Source: Ctenodactylus gundi (lineage: Eukaryota). Taken from it: a DNA stretch of 64,000 bases. The notes under the pieces are model-generated. The model was not told the DNA's origin, made no database searches, and was given only the letters and a program-made list of their open reading frames with translations. The stretch is taken from NCBI GenBank assembly GCA_048771875.1, contig CM109696.1, forward strand, positions 72,824,529-72,888,528, read 5' to 3'. Every line of letters begins with the position of its first letter. Position 1 is the stretch's first letter. A program made the translations under genes and the position numbers. This document shows, piece after piece, positions 24,291 through 36,176 of the stretch.

Positions 24291-24473
24291 GTAATGCCCT
24301 TCATATTGGTACCTGTGTGTCTCTTCATCCTTGTTCCTAATTTGTTTTATTAAAACCAGACAAGGAACTAGCCAACCTCCTAATCTGATCCTTATTACCT
24401 GTGGTCTTAGTCAGCTGAGGCTGGTGTCATGAATACTTGAGTAGTGGGTGGTTGGGTAGTTTAAACAACAGAC

Positions 24474-24690
24474 TTTTTTTTTTTTTTGAGACAGGTTCTT
24501 TCCCTCAAACCCCTGCTGAACTCACTATGTAGCCTTGGACTTAAGGCAATCCTCCTGGATGCCTTAGCCTTCCTACTGCTAGGATTACAGGCATGTGCTA
24601 GCATACGCAGCTTATATGGTGCTGGAAAATTGAACTCAGGGCCTTGTGCTTGCTAGGCTAACACTTTAACCGCTATGCCGTTCCTCCAGC
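24474..24690 (-). mobile_element. ID–B1 composite SINE
   Basis: Poly-T then gagacaggttctttccctcaaacccctgctgaactcactatgtagcc ... gctaacactttaaccgctatgccgttcctccagc. Confidence 0.7.
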
Positions 24691-25625
24691 ACGTCAACAA
24701 CAGATTTTTATGTCTCAAAGTGTTAAAGCTGGAAGTTTATTATCTAGCTGTAGCAAGGTTGTTTTTATCTGAGTCCTCTGTCTTCAGCTTACAGACAGCA
24801 CCTTCTTGCTGTATCCTCACATGCCCTTTCCTCTTTGGATATCTGTGTCTGAGGCCATGACTGACCTCTTTGACTTTGTCACTGTGAAGTAATGAGCACT
24901 GTTCTAAAGTCAGACAATTACAAAGCAAAAATAAATTCAAAATTAAGGCCTAAGGGCCAAAAAGAAAACCAAGTGACACCCACTGGGATATCTTCTCAAC
25001 TAGATATTCAGATTTGTAACCTTACTGTGGGCTGGAGACAGGGCAGCCATCAGGAAACACAGTCACTTCTTGGTGGGAGTCATTTTTACCCAAGTCCTTT
25101 CTTCATAAAACAGTTTTGACATGAATCTTCCAAAATTATGTTAAATTCTATTGTTAACTTTCTATCATCAACATAATACCTGAGGTGATTAACTTATCAA
25201 AAGAAAAAATTAGCTACTGTGGTAGCACATGCCTATAATCCTGGCACTCAGAAGGACGAGGCAGGAAGATGACAAGTTTCAGGCCAGCTTGGAATGCAGT
25301 AAAACCCTGTTTCAAGACACATACATGCTCAAACAGAAGGTTTAGTTTGGTTCATAGTTGTGGAGGTCCTAGGCCTTGATGGGTTGGCTCTGTGTGCACA
25401 TCAGAGCAGGAGTGGTAGCAGAATATGACAGTTCGCTTCATGGCTAGAGCAAAGGAAGAAAGGGAGAACAGGAGACCATAACTATCTTCAGGGGTGGTCC
25501 CCCATAACCAACTGTGGGATTCCACTTGGCCCTGCTTCTTGGATTTGGCCACCTCTAGTAGTACCACCCTGGCAGGCAAGCCTCTGATCCACAGGCCTTT
25601 GGGAACATTCGAGATTCAAACTTTA

Positions 25626-25864
25626 GGGCTGGAGAAATAGCACAGGGGTTAAAGCACTCGTCTTGCAAATGCAAGGCACTGAGTTTGATTCCGCAGCACC
25701 ACATGAAGCTGAACGTGGTGGCACAAGCCTGTTATCCCAGCACTCGGAAGGCCGAGGCAGGCAGATTGTCCTGAGTCTAAGACCAGCCTGGGCTACACCA
25801 GTGAGTTCAGGACCAGCTTGGGCTACAGAGAGAGACTCTGTCTCAAAAGAAAAAGAAAAAAAAA
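25626..25864 (+). mobile_element. ID–B1 composite SINE
   Basis: gggctggagaaatagcacaggggttaaagcactcgtcttgcaaatgcaaggcactgagtttgattccgcagcaccacatgaagctgaacgtggtggcacaagcctgttatcccagcactcggaagg. Confidence 0.75.
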
Positions 25865-27154
25865 TCCAAACTTTATCATCTGTGTTCTTAAATGAAGTGA
25901 CTTGAACCCAGAATCTTCATATTGGGCTATATCCTAACCAATTTTATTTATTTATTTATTTATTATTTATTTTGAGACAGAGTCTTCTTCAAGGCTGGCC
26001 CTGAGCTCACTCTGTGGCCCAGGCTGGCCTCAAATCCACAGCAGTACCTCTGTCTCAGCCTCCCAAGTGGTAAGATTACAATTGAAACAAGGCCTCACCC
26101 ATTCACCAAGTTTCCCAGGTTTGCCTTGAATTTATGATCCTCCTGCCTTAGTCTCCCAGTTTGGAAGGATTAAAGGTACACACCGCTTCTCATTTTGCAA
26201 GTTTCAGAGGTATCTCCAGCTACCAGCCTGGGGAGAGGGCAGCTTATTACTGTCATTGGTAACATGGCTGCCTCCAGGGCTGCTCAGCCCAGAAGTAGGC
26301 TTGGCCAACACCCACGAAGACACCAGAACTCCCAGCTGTGGCAAGATTTTCTGCTTTCCTAGCAATTAGTGTTAAGATAACTTTAGAAGCTAGAATCTCC
26401 ATAAAGAGCAGAAAATGCAATGTTCGTGGCAAGTTTGCATCGAGTGAGGAATCTGTGCCTTTAGCATTGTTTTCATAAGCCAGATTCAGTGGTGTGCACC
26501 TGTCATTCCAGCTGTGCCTATAACTCTAGCTACTCCAGAGGCTGAGGCCACAGAAACGCAAATTCCAGGCCAGCTTTGGCAGCTTAGCAAGGTGCTGTCT
26601 CAAAATGAAAACTAAGGATTAAGAATGTAGTACAGTGGCAGAGTACAACTGCGATCAGTCCCCAACAGGAGCTGGAGGACAGTGTTTGTACAGCCCAACT
26701 GCTTTTTCCCCTTTTTCTTACTGGAAACGATCATTTCACTTTGACTGTGTCCCTGTCTGTAACAATACCTCCTTTGGGAAGGGATATTTTTTCCCAAAAA
26801 GCTGTAAAGTCAAATTTAAAACTTAAGTAAAATTGTATATAAAGTAAGGTCTGTTGTAGTCTCTAAATGCGTGGGTGACTGTCCCAGGAATTAAATTGAT
26901 CCTTTCTGTCTGCAGTTTTTTCCTACCTTTAGGTTGATCCTTTCTGTCCGCAGTTTTTTCTTACCTTTAGGTTTGATCTTTTATGTGAAAAACAGAAGAT
27001 TTAGGTAAGTCATCAAGAAAACTAGTTTAAAAACTAGTTTTTAAACTCCTTCATGGCAGGTTCTGATGCTTTATGTTCAGTACACTGTAGGTATTCAATA
27101 AAGATGAATGTGTTAATAAATGACGGCACCTTTGCTATATTCTGTAATTCTCAG

Positions 27155-27304
27155 ACCAGTAAACAGCTCACTGTAAAGAAAACCTCTGCAGATGCAAGTG
27201 AATATTACGAAAATTATATTGAAGAGCTGAAGAAACAAGGATTTCTGCTCAGCGAACATTTTACACCCCAAGCAAGCCAACTAGCATCTGAAAAACTGAA
27301 AGCA
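27155..27304 (+). CDS. PARP4: PARP4 exon 7, encoding TSKQLTVKKTSADASEYYENYIEELKKQGFLLSEHFTPQASQLASEKLKA
   Basis: Acceptor ttctcag|ACC and donor AAAGCA|gtaaga. The exon is 150 nt and ends in phase 0. It matches human FAIKKTSEDASEYFENYIEELKKQGFLLREHFTPEATQLASEQLQA. Confidence 0.85.
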
Positions 27305-27436
27305 GTAAGATTGGTTGATACATGTTTTTCTTCTAATGTTAAAGATCAAATATTGGCCTTCAGTCATGCTAAGCACGTGTTCTACCACTGGTCTATATCC
27401 CCAACCCAACTGAATATTTGTAATAGAAATATTTTC

Positions 27437-27453
27437 CTTTTTTTTTGTTTTTG

Positions 27454-27484
<31 letters not shown>

Positions 27485-27675
27485 TAGGAGACAGGGTCTT
27501 GCTCTGTAGCCCAGGCTGGCCTTGGACCCATGGCAGTCCTCCTTTGTCAGCCTCCCGAGTGCTGGGATTATAGATATGCACCACCGCTCCTGGCTTTATG
27601 TGGTCCTGGGGAATTGGACTCAGGGCTTTGCACTGACAAAACATGTACTTTAACCATTCTGCCATTCCTCCAGCC
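27437..27675 (-). mobile_element. ID–B1 composite SINE preceded by (GTTTT)n
   Basis: ..ggagacagggtcttgctctgtagcccaggctggccttggacccatggcagtcc..tatgcaccaccgctcctggc ... gtactttaaccattctgccattcctccagcc. Confidence 0.75.
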
Positions 27676-28538
27676 TTAGAAACATTTTCTTTGTTACAAA
27701 TAAACTGATAGGAGGGAAGATGAAGAGCTAAGAATAAAGGAAAGATAAACTCACAGAAAGGTATAAATGCTGAGTATAGACTTGAGTTCCAGGAAAGCTA
27801 GGAGATTGATTCCTTACTTCAACAATGAATTTTCATAGGTTTCAGAAGACTTCACTATAATCTGAAGCTGTGAGCCAAGAGTCCTAACTCTGACTGTGCG
27901 CGTTTAATGCCACTGAAAGGCCTGACACTTACTGGGTGAAGGAAAAAATAAAATGGAAAATTAATTGGGAAGAAGAGATATGGAAGTGGGGATAGAACCC
28001 AAGAAGAGGAGATGGAGGCAGAGGAGAGCGAGCCCAGCAAAGGGAAGAGGCCTGAAGGGTTATAAGCTACCTCATGCCTTAGCCAATTCTGTGTTGCTTT
28101 CACAAGACAGTTAAGACTCAGTACTTGATAGATAAAGAAGTTTATTTGGCTTAAGATTTCCATGGCTGGGAAATGCAAATACCGTGACACCAGCATCTCA
28201 GCTAGAATAGGTGTGTTTGGGGAAGAGGTTGGCTGCAGTAGCATGACATGAAATCAACACTCCTTCCCTGAGAAAAGAGCTGGTCGCTAACAAGGTGGCA
28301 GCCTGAGACCTAATCACCTCCAATCACTGCTCTCCATGCCCCACCTCTCAAGTTCTTTGCCTGTACACCACCATGCCGGGGACCAGGTTCCTGGTGTGGA
28401 ACCCAGAGGGGACACACTGTAGCTGTCTCCTTTGCCTGAGGATGACTCTCCTGGGCTATGATTCAGATTTCTTCTCACACCCCTGTCCTTTGGCCCATGT
28501 TGGTCTTAAGTGCAGTCACTTATAATGACTCTTTGCAG

Positions 28539-28676
28539 TGGCTTCTGGAAGAGACTATAGGCTCAAATTCCTTGAGCCAGGAGGTGAGCAACTTGGTGGA
28601 AATGATTTGGGCAGAAGCTCTAGGCCACCTGGAACATGTGCTTCTCAAGCCTGTGAACAAGATCAGCCTCAATGAT
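28539..28676 (+). CDS. PARP4: PARP4 exon 8, encoding WLLEETIGSNSLSQEVSNLVEMIWAEALGHLEHVLLKPVNKISLND
   Basis: Acceptor ctctttgcag|TGG and donor AATGAT|gtaagt. The exon is 138 nt. It matches human LLLEEVMNSSTLSQEVSDLVEMIWAEALGHLEHMLLKPVNRISLND. Confidence 0.85.
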
Positions 28677-29767
28677 GTAAGTCAAGCATGTTGACACAGA
28701 ATGTGAGAAACCTGCTTCCTGGTTTATTAGCTTATGTAACAGCACACATACATGCTGGTTGGACTGCTCTGAAATTCATTTGGGATTATTCTTTTACCTT
28801 GGAAAAAAGGAACACTAGAGCAGAACAAAGGCAGAAGTCAGTTTCCCAGAAAACTAGTTATCCCAGGCTGTGTTGTCAGGCTACTGAAGCTGGCTGAGTA
28901 GGAGGCCTGGTACTCTGGGCTGGGAGGTTTGTAGCCAAGGAATGTGGATAGGTTTGATCCCTGGCTAGACAGCCAGACTCTGACCTGTTTTACAGTAAGT
29001 CCTCTGCAGTCTCATCTGTCTTTCTTAGGAAAGGCAGGCACACTTCTAGCCCACTGGAAAGTGCTACTCTTGTTGATTATGTATAGTTGCAATTGAAAGC
29101 ACAAATGAAAGTAGGTATTTCCGGTAATACAATTTAGGTAATTGTTTTATCATATAAAAATAATATAAGCAATTTTCTCGTATAGATTAAATCAGTTTAT
29201 TTTAAGGAGAAAAAGGTTTCTTGGAGTAAAGCCTATAAAATACTTGTGTAATTAGGAAAGTGATCTGGTGGTTTTGTTCCTGATTTGACACCAACATTTT
29301 TCTACATTTCTTATATGAAAAGCGAATTTCCCAGTTGTAGTAGCTTTCTCCACTTTGTATATATTTGTATATAGACTGTGGTGTTTTCCTCTAGTTAAGT
29401 TGAGGCCAGATTCAGGACAGCCCTCATGGCATTGTTGTCATAGCTAAGCTATATTTCCAGTAAAGATCAGCCTTTGCTTTATGGTGGCTGAATTAGTCAG
29501 CTTTCTCTCTGTGACAGAATACCCAAAATAATCATCTTATGAAAAGAAAAGGGTTGTTTGACTCAAAATTCTGATGATTTAAATCTGTCATTGATTGCCT
29601 TGTTGCTTTGGGCCTATGGTGAGGAAAAACATCATGGCAGAGGAAAGCCACTCACCACCTATAACTGATACTTCTAGGAAGCAAAATGAAGAGGAAAGGG
29701 GCTAGGTCTCCATAGTCTCCTAGAAAGACACACCCCTCAGTGGCCCAAAGACTTCTCATTAGGCCCA

Positions 29768-29771
<4 letters not shown>

Positions 29772-29806
<35 letters not shown>

Positions 29807-29947
29807 AGACAAGGTCTCACTCTCGAGCCCAGTTTGGGCCTGAAGACAGGATGGAGCCCAGGCTGGCCTCGGACTCACAGTAATTCTCCTGTCTCAGCTT
29901 CCCAAGTGCTTGGATTACAGGCATGTGCTACCACAAGTCCAGCTTTA
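29772..29947 (-). mobile_element. B1-type SINE with T35 head
   Basis: T35 then gagacaaggtctcactctcgagcccag...ggatggagcccaggctggcctcggactcacag..gtgcttggattacaggcatgtgctacc. Confidence 0.65.
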
Positions 29948-30089
29948 GGTGCATCTCTTAAAGACTCTACTATTTCCCATTCACACCCACCTGGAACAAG
30001 CTTTAAAACAAAGGTCTTTGAGGACACTTAAGGTCTAAATAGAACCTTGGCCATCCAGTAGAAATCTGGCAGTTGTAATATATTTAACA

Positions 30090-30850
30090 ATTTTTGTTTT
30101 TGAAACGGTCTTGCTCTGCAGTCCAGGCTGTTCCTGAACTCACTATGGAGCCCAGGCTGAGCTCCAACTCACGGCAATTCACCTGTCTCAGCCTTGGAGT
30201 GCTAGGATTACAGGCATGCACTACTATGCCCAGCTTTATGTGGTGCTGGAGAATCAAACTCAGGGCCTTGAGCTTGCAAGGCAAGTGCTTTAACCATTAT
30301 AACATTCCTCTAGCCTCCTGCCTCCACCCCCCCACCCCCCCTTTTTTTGTTTTTGAGATACGGTCTCACTCTGTAGCCCAGGCTGGTCCTGAACTCACTA
30401 TGGAGCTCAGGCTAGCCTTGGACTCAAGGCAATCCTCCTGTCTTAGCCTCCCTACTTGCTGGGGTTGTATAGACATGCACCACCATTCCCAGCTTGTGTG
30501 GTGCTGGGGAATCGAACTCAGGTACTTAGAATTTGCAAGTGCTTTAACTATGGTGCTGTTCCTTTAGCCACCCCCTACCCGTTTGTTTTTTGGTTTTTGG
30601 TTTTTGGTTTTTGGTTTTTTTTTTTTTTTTTTTGAGTCAAGGTCTCTTTGTCGTTCAGGCTTGTCCTTAACTCACTATGTATCCCAGACAAGGCGTTGAA
30701 CTCACAGCAGTCTTTCTGATTCAGTCTCCCTGGTGTTCAGATTACAGGCATGTGCTACCATGCCCAGTTTATGTGGTGCTAGAGAATTAAACCCAGGGCT
30801 TATTCTTGCTAGACAAGTACTCTAATCACTGAGAGCCCTGTCACTAGCCC
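30090..30850 (-). mobile_element. Three consecutive antisense ID–B1 SINEs at ~30090-30318, ~30330-30575 and ~30583-30850. The third has a (GGTTTTT)n head.
   Basis: Each unit starts with ..tttgagaYRRggtctc..cYcaggct and ends with ..ctttaac[ct]a[tc][tg][ga]. Confidence 0.65.
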
Positions 30851-30949
30851 CAACAATTATTTTAGTTAATTTTCACATATCCCTTTCATTCTTTTCTGAT
30901 TCAATTTCAAGATTTAATGTTAATAAGCATGTATGATTTTCTATTAAAG

Positions 30950-31123
30950 GTGAGCAAGGCAGAGGGGATTCTTCTTCTAGTAAAGTCAGCACTGAAAAAT
31001 GGAGACACAGAAGAACAATTGCAAAAGATGATGACTGAATTCTACAGATTATTACCTCACAAACATCTAGCAACTGAAGATGTTAATCTGAGTCTGTTAG
31101 CCAATAAAGAGGACCTCTGCCAG
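30950..31123 (+). CDS. PARP4: PARP4 exon 9, encoding VSKAEGILLLVKSALKNGDTEEQLQKMMTEFYRLLPHKHLATEDVNLSLLANKEDLCQ
   Basis: Acceptor ctattaaag|GTG and donor TGCCAG|gtaaag. The exon is 174 nt. It matches human VSKAEGILLLVKAALKNGETAEQLQKMMTEFYRLIPHKGTMPKEVNLGLLAKKADLCQ. Confidence 0.85.
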
Positions 31124-31548
31124 GTAAAGCTCTGAAATAATTCAATTTAATGTAAGGTAGGGATCATATTTTTAAAACTATGATGAGTAAGAGTAACACT
31201 GAATCACAGAAGTTACCTCCAAAGTACTCAAAAATAAATTGTTGAGCCATTCTATAGTGTACCAGTTCTTCCATAAGTTATCTAAACCATATTCCCAAAC
31301 ATGAATTTTTTGCATAGCGATACAAAATGAAGAAGTATTTTTAAATTGCCAAAGGGTAAAAAAATAAATTTCCAAGTGGTATGATGAATTGAGATATCTT
31401 CTGCAGAGTAAACAGAAAACTCCAACTGACAAACATTGAAGGAATATTTGACCCTCCTCAGTTAAAAGGTCCTGATGTGGGATAGGCTTTAGCTCTGGCC
31501 GCTCCATGACTCAGATTGTCAGTATTATCACCGGAGTCCTACCCCCGC

Positions 31549-31550
31549 CT

Positions 31551-31616
<66 letters not shown>
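31549..31616. repeat. (TC)n microsatellite of ~34 units
   Basis: ctctctct... read directly. An antisense B1 follows at ~31617-31750. Confidence 0.9.
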
Positions 31617-31619
<3 letters not shown>

Positions 31620-32262
31620 AGTGTTTCACTCAATAGTTCAGGCTGGTCCTGAACTCACTATATGTAGCCCAAGCTGGCCTTAAATTCATGGCAACCCTCC
31701 TGTCTCAACCTCCCGAGTACTGGGATTACAGGTATGTGCCACCATGCCTAGCTCTGGATGTCTTTTTAATGTAATTTTTTTGAGATGGGAACTCACTCTG
31801 TTGCCCCAGTTTATGAGCCTCAGCCTCTTGAATAGCCCCCTGCTCAGCTAGATTTACACTCCTTTGAGTCCTATGCATGAATGGAATTGCTGTGGCTGCT
31901 CTAAAGTGGCCTTCTCTCCTGAGCTGTGGTAAGGAGCAAGCGCCTTTAGCAAAGAGGAAGGCAGTTCCACTGGCTTTTCCTGCCTTGGATGCAGCTGAAG
32001 TTGTTTGTAGGTCTTGAGTGGCTGCATCTGTATGTGGTGGAACGGGGGCAAGATTAAAGATCGTAACTTAGACTTCAGAGAAGTTTGTAGCCGTGAACTG
32101 CTCATGTAGGGAAATGATAGCTTTATTGATTGCAGAGGAGAGTGTAATTCAAGGTAAATGAAGAACCAATGAGTGAGATGAGTCCATAATGAGAAGATAC
32201 AGGGTCCTTCCAAATTTAAAATTCTGTGATTTACCCAAAGCCAGTCATCAGTATCTGTCATT

Positions 32263-32352
32263 GGGGTTGAGGTGTAGCTCAGTGACAAAGCACTCACCTA
32301 GTATGTGGGAGGTCCTGAGTTCTATCCCCAGCACTGCAAAAAGAAAAAAAAA
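32263..32352 (+). mobile_element. ID-type (tRNA-Ala/BC1-derived) SINE with A-tail. It is not a tRNA gene.
   Basis: ggggttgaggtgtagctcagtgacaaagcactcacctagtatgtgggaggtcctgagttctatccccagcactgcaaaaagaaaaaaaaaag. Confidence 0.65.
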
Positions 32353-32630
32353 AGTCTGTCATCAGTTTTGCTACTCAAGAGGCAATGTATGATACCCATC
32401 CAAACGCTTTGTTGATTTAACCAACTGAAAGTCAGAAATACTGAAAACAAACAAAACCCTAAACTGTATCTATCATCTATAATTTACATGTAGACTTTTT
32501 TCTTATTATTATCTTGCTAAACAAATACTTCCACTATATTAGGTACTGTGAGTCACCTAGAGATTGCTAAAGGTCTATGGGAGCCTATGCATAGGTTTGA
32601 TGCAAATATGATGTAACAGGGAACCGCGTT

Positions 32631-32903
32631 TTGTTTTTTTGGGTTTTTTTTTGTTTTTGTTTTTGTTTTTGTTTTTGAGACAAGGTCTTGCTCTGTAGCC
32701 CAGACTGGTCCTGAACTCACTATACTATTTTAGATCTGGCTGGCCTTGGACTCATGGCAATACTGCTGCCACAGCCTCCCTGAGTGCTGGGATTATAGAC
32801 ATGTGCCACGATGCCCGGCTTTTATGTGGTGCTGGAGGATCAAATTCAGGGCCTTGCACTTGAAAGTCAAGTGCTTTGACTGCTATGCCATTCCTTTAGC
32901 CCT
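32631..32903 (-). mobile_element. ID–B1 composite SINE
   Basis: (GTTTTT)n then gagacaaggtcttgctctgtagcccagactggtcctgaactcactat ... aagtgctttgactgctatgccattcctttagccc. Confidence 0.7.
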
Positions 32904-34228
32904 GTAATTTTTTTTTTTTTTTACCCACACTAGGGTTTGAATGTAGGCTTTTCACATGGAGGTATATCCTCAGTCTTTTTTTTTTTTTTTTTTTTCTGAG
33001 ATAGGCTCTCTTTCTGTAGTCCAGACTGGTCCAGAACTTACTATGTAGTCCAGGCTGTCCTTGAACTCATAGCAGTCCTCCTGCCTCAATCTCCTGACTA
33101 CTGAGATTACCAGTTTTATTGGTATACACCACCATACCCAGCTCCTCAATCCTTTTTTTGTTTTTTATTTTTGGATACATTCTTAGTAAGTCATTAAATT
33201 GCCCAGGCTAGGCTCAGACTTGCTACCCTCCTGCCTCCGCCTCTCAGGGACTGGAATTACAGATGTGTACCACCATCCTCAGCTTTAGGGTTTCTTTATA
33301 CAAATAAATACATAATCATGTAATCTTATTGTTCTCACTTTTCTTAAAAAAGTACTATTCCTATCTTTGCTTGTCAGCATTTTGCTCCTCTCAATGTCCC
33401 CTGTTCTTAGAGATCATACTTGTTCTAGTGTTGTTCGTGGGGATCTGCCATACTGTGCAGCTACATTCTATTGCCAGACATTGGATTGTCTCAGGATTTT
33501 TCTGCAACAACTCCTGCCATAGTAACTTATCCTGTATGTTTATCTTTTCATAATTATACAAAGGTCTCTCTGGAATAGAAATGCTTACATAAAGGATAAT
33601 TACTTATAAAATTTTGATAAATGTCTGATTCTCTCTTAAATATCAGACTATTCTCCCTGCACTACGCTGTTAAAGAATGAGAGTTTCTCATTGTAGTCTT
33701 ACAAAAAGTGTATTTGTCAAATACTTAAACTTTTGCCCATCTTTTGGATGAGAAATGGCTTCTTGCTAGGTCTCCAGGATGACCACCTTACCAAAGATTA
33801 AGACCAGTTGTTTTGCTTTCAACAGGCTGTTTGTGACCTTTTCCTCTTTATCTTACGTGTCCTCATATTTTCTCATGATTTCTAAGGGCTCTTTGTAGAT
33901 TTTGGGGCTTCTGTGATATGAATTATAAATGCTTTTCCCACTTGCCTTTTCAACTTGCTAATGGTAAACTTTATATTTCTGGTGGCAGTGGTTGACTTGT
34001 TTCATTTCTACTATATAGAGGGCTTTATTTTATTTTACTGTTTTATTTTTCATTTTATTTTGAGGCAGTCTTGCTCTGTAGTCCAGGTTGGTCCTAAGCT
34101 CACTGTGTGGCCCAGGCTGGCCTCAAACTCATAGCAGTCCTCCTGCCTCAGCCTCCCAAGCACTACCACAAGCTGGTTAAATTTTATGTGGTGCTGAGAA
34201 TCAAACCAGAGGCTTTGCATATGCTAGG

Positions 34229-34591
34229 TGTTTCAGTTAGTTTCTCATCGCTGTGACTCAATACTTGATGTGTACAAATTAGGGGAGGAAAGACCTATTT
34301 TAGCTCACAGTTTGAGAAAGTCACAGTCTACTCATGGTGGGTAGGTGGACTCACATCGTGGGTCCTGCAGCTAAAGCCAGAGCCAGTACTCTGGAGACCA
34401 GTATCCTCATGGCAACATGGCAGAACAAAGACAAATCTGGGCTGAAGGGTGGAACCATCTCATACCTCTCCAGGTCAAGCCGTAAGCATTCAACCCTACT
34501 TGTCAGGCCCCACCTACAGATAGTGCACCGTATCCATGGGAACATGAGGCTTTTGGGGGACATTCCAAATCCAAACCACGACACTAGGCTT
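34229..34591 (+). mobile_element. MaLR-like solo LTR (ORR1/MT-type), copy A
   Basis: It starts TGT.. (tgtttcagttagtttctcatcgctgtgactcaatac) and contains ..tttagctcacagtttgagaaagtcacagtc.., a typical MaLR segment. It ends ..ACA. A homologous copy lies at 48116-48601. Confidence 0.45.
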
Positions 34592-36176
34592 TAACCATTA
34601 AGCTGCATCCCTAGCCCAGATTTTCTATTTTATACGTAAAAATGTATATAAGTTTCTTATTTTTTGGCTAGAGGATTTGAGTTGTAGAAAAACCTTTCCC
34701 GCACTAAAGTCTTGAAGATGTGAGGGAGTAGAGTGGCTCGTGCTGCCCCCAGTGTCTTCTTACTCTTACATGTTAAAGGAGCCAATTCATAGACTCACGT
34801 GATTTCCCTTATCCAGGTGCTGTGATCCCCACCCCAAGCCCCAGGACTGGGTAATAGACAGGGAGGTACTCTGGTTCCTTCTTAGGAAAGGGACTCATGC
34901 CTTATCACCTATAGTAGACATTTTGATTTTTGGTTCTGTTCTGTTTCTTTATTTTGTAGTGCTGGGAATTGAACCCAAGGCCTTACACAAACTAGACAAG
35001 CAATGTGCTACTGAAGTATATCCCCAGTCCTACAATAAGTATTTTAATGTGTAGGAGTACATTTTAACACAAGAACAAGGAGTATGCATAGTAAATATAT
35101 AAACCACTACCATAGTTGCTTATTATCATATATTATTCATAATCACATTGTTATATGTTTTCATTAACAAATACCAGTTGTACAGGTGGAAGGCAACTAT
35201 GACATCTGCACACGTGTATAATGCATGGACATGTCATCACTCTTAGCTAGGCTCTCCCTACCAGCCCCCATCCCCGTCCCTAAAAGTCTTATCAACTTCT
35301 TTCTGCCCCCCTTCATGTTTCCTTTCCCCATCTCTAATCACCCCACATAAAATGGCTATCATTAAAAGAGACAAGAAATAACAGATGGATTAAGAATGTG
35401 GAGAATTGGGAACACTGACATACTTGGTATGAGTGTAGATTAATATAGTAATTATGGAAAATAGTATAGAGATTTTTCAAAAAATGAAACTAGAGCTGGG
35501 TATGGTAGTGTACTCCTTTAATGCCGGATACTCGGGAGGTTGAGATGGCAAGTTCAAAGACAGCTTGGACAATTTAGATTCTGTCCAAAAAAAAAAAAAA
35601 AACTCCTATATAATCTAATAATTACACTACTGGGTTTATGTCCAAAGGAAGTGAGCTCCTTGGGCTGGGGAAATGGCATAGCGTTTAAAATGCTTGCCCT
35701 GAAAGTTCAAGGCCCTGAGTTCAGATCCCCACAATCACATAAAGCTGGGTGTGGTGGTGCACACCTGTAACCCCAGCACTCTGAAGTCCAAGGCCAGTCT
35801 GGGCTACTCAGTGAGGTCAGGACCACCCTGGACTACAGAGTGAGACCCTGTCTTCAAAAAAAAATTTAAAAAGGAAATGAACTCTTTATAGGAAAAAGGC
35901 ATCAATATTTATCTCAGCTCTCTTCACAGTAGCCAACATGTGTTGTTATTTCTTCATATGCCTGGAAGTATAGGAGGTGTGTTTATGCTGGCATCACCAC
36001 ATGTATGAGTAGTACTTTGCCTTGAGGTATTGTGATTATGGCTTTGATGTTGCTGGGAGATGGACATTTTTAGCTACATTATGATCTTCAGGAACCACTG
36101 TCACCATTGGAGTTCACCATTGACCCAGATGTCACTGTTGTTGCACAATGCCTGACATGTAGAGAACATGTAGTGA

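Noticed and set aside
32263-32343. tRNA-like sequence (ggggttgaggtgtagctcagtg...ggtcctgagttctatccccagc). Similar sequences occur at 1995-2085, 48730-48830 and 53861-53935.
   Set aside because: These are ID-type SINEs derived from tRNA-Ala/BC1. They are followed by A-tails, have mismatched acceptor stems, and belong to a multi-copy family in the window. They are not tRNA genes.
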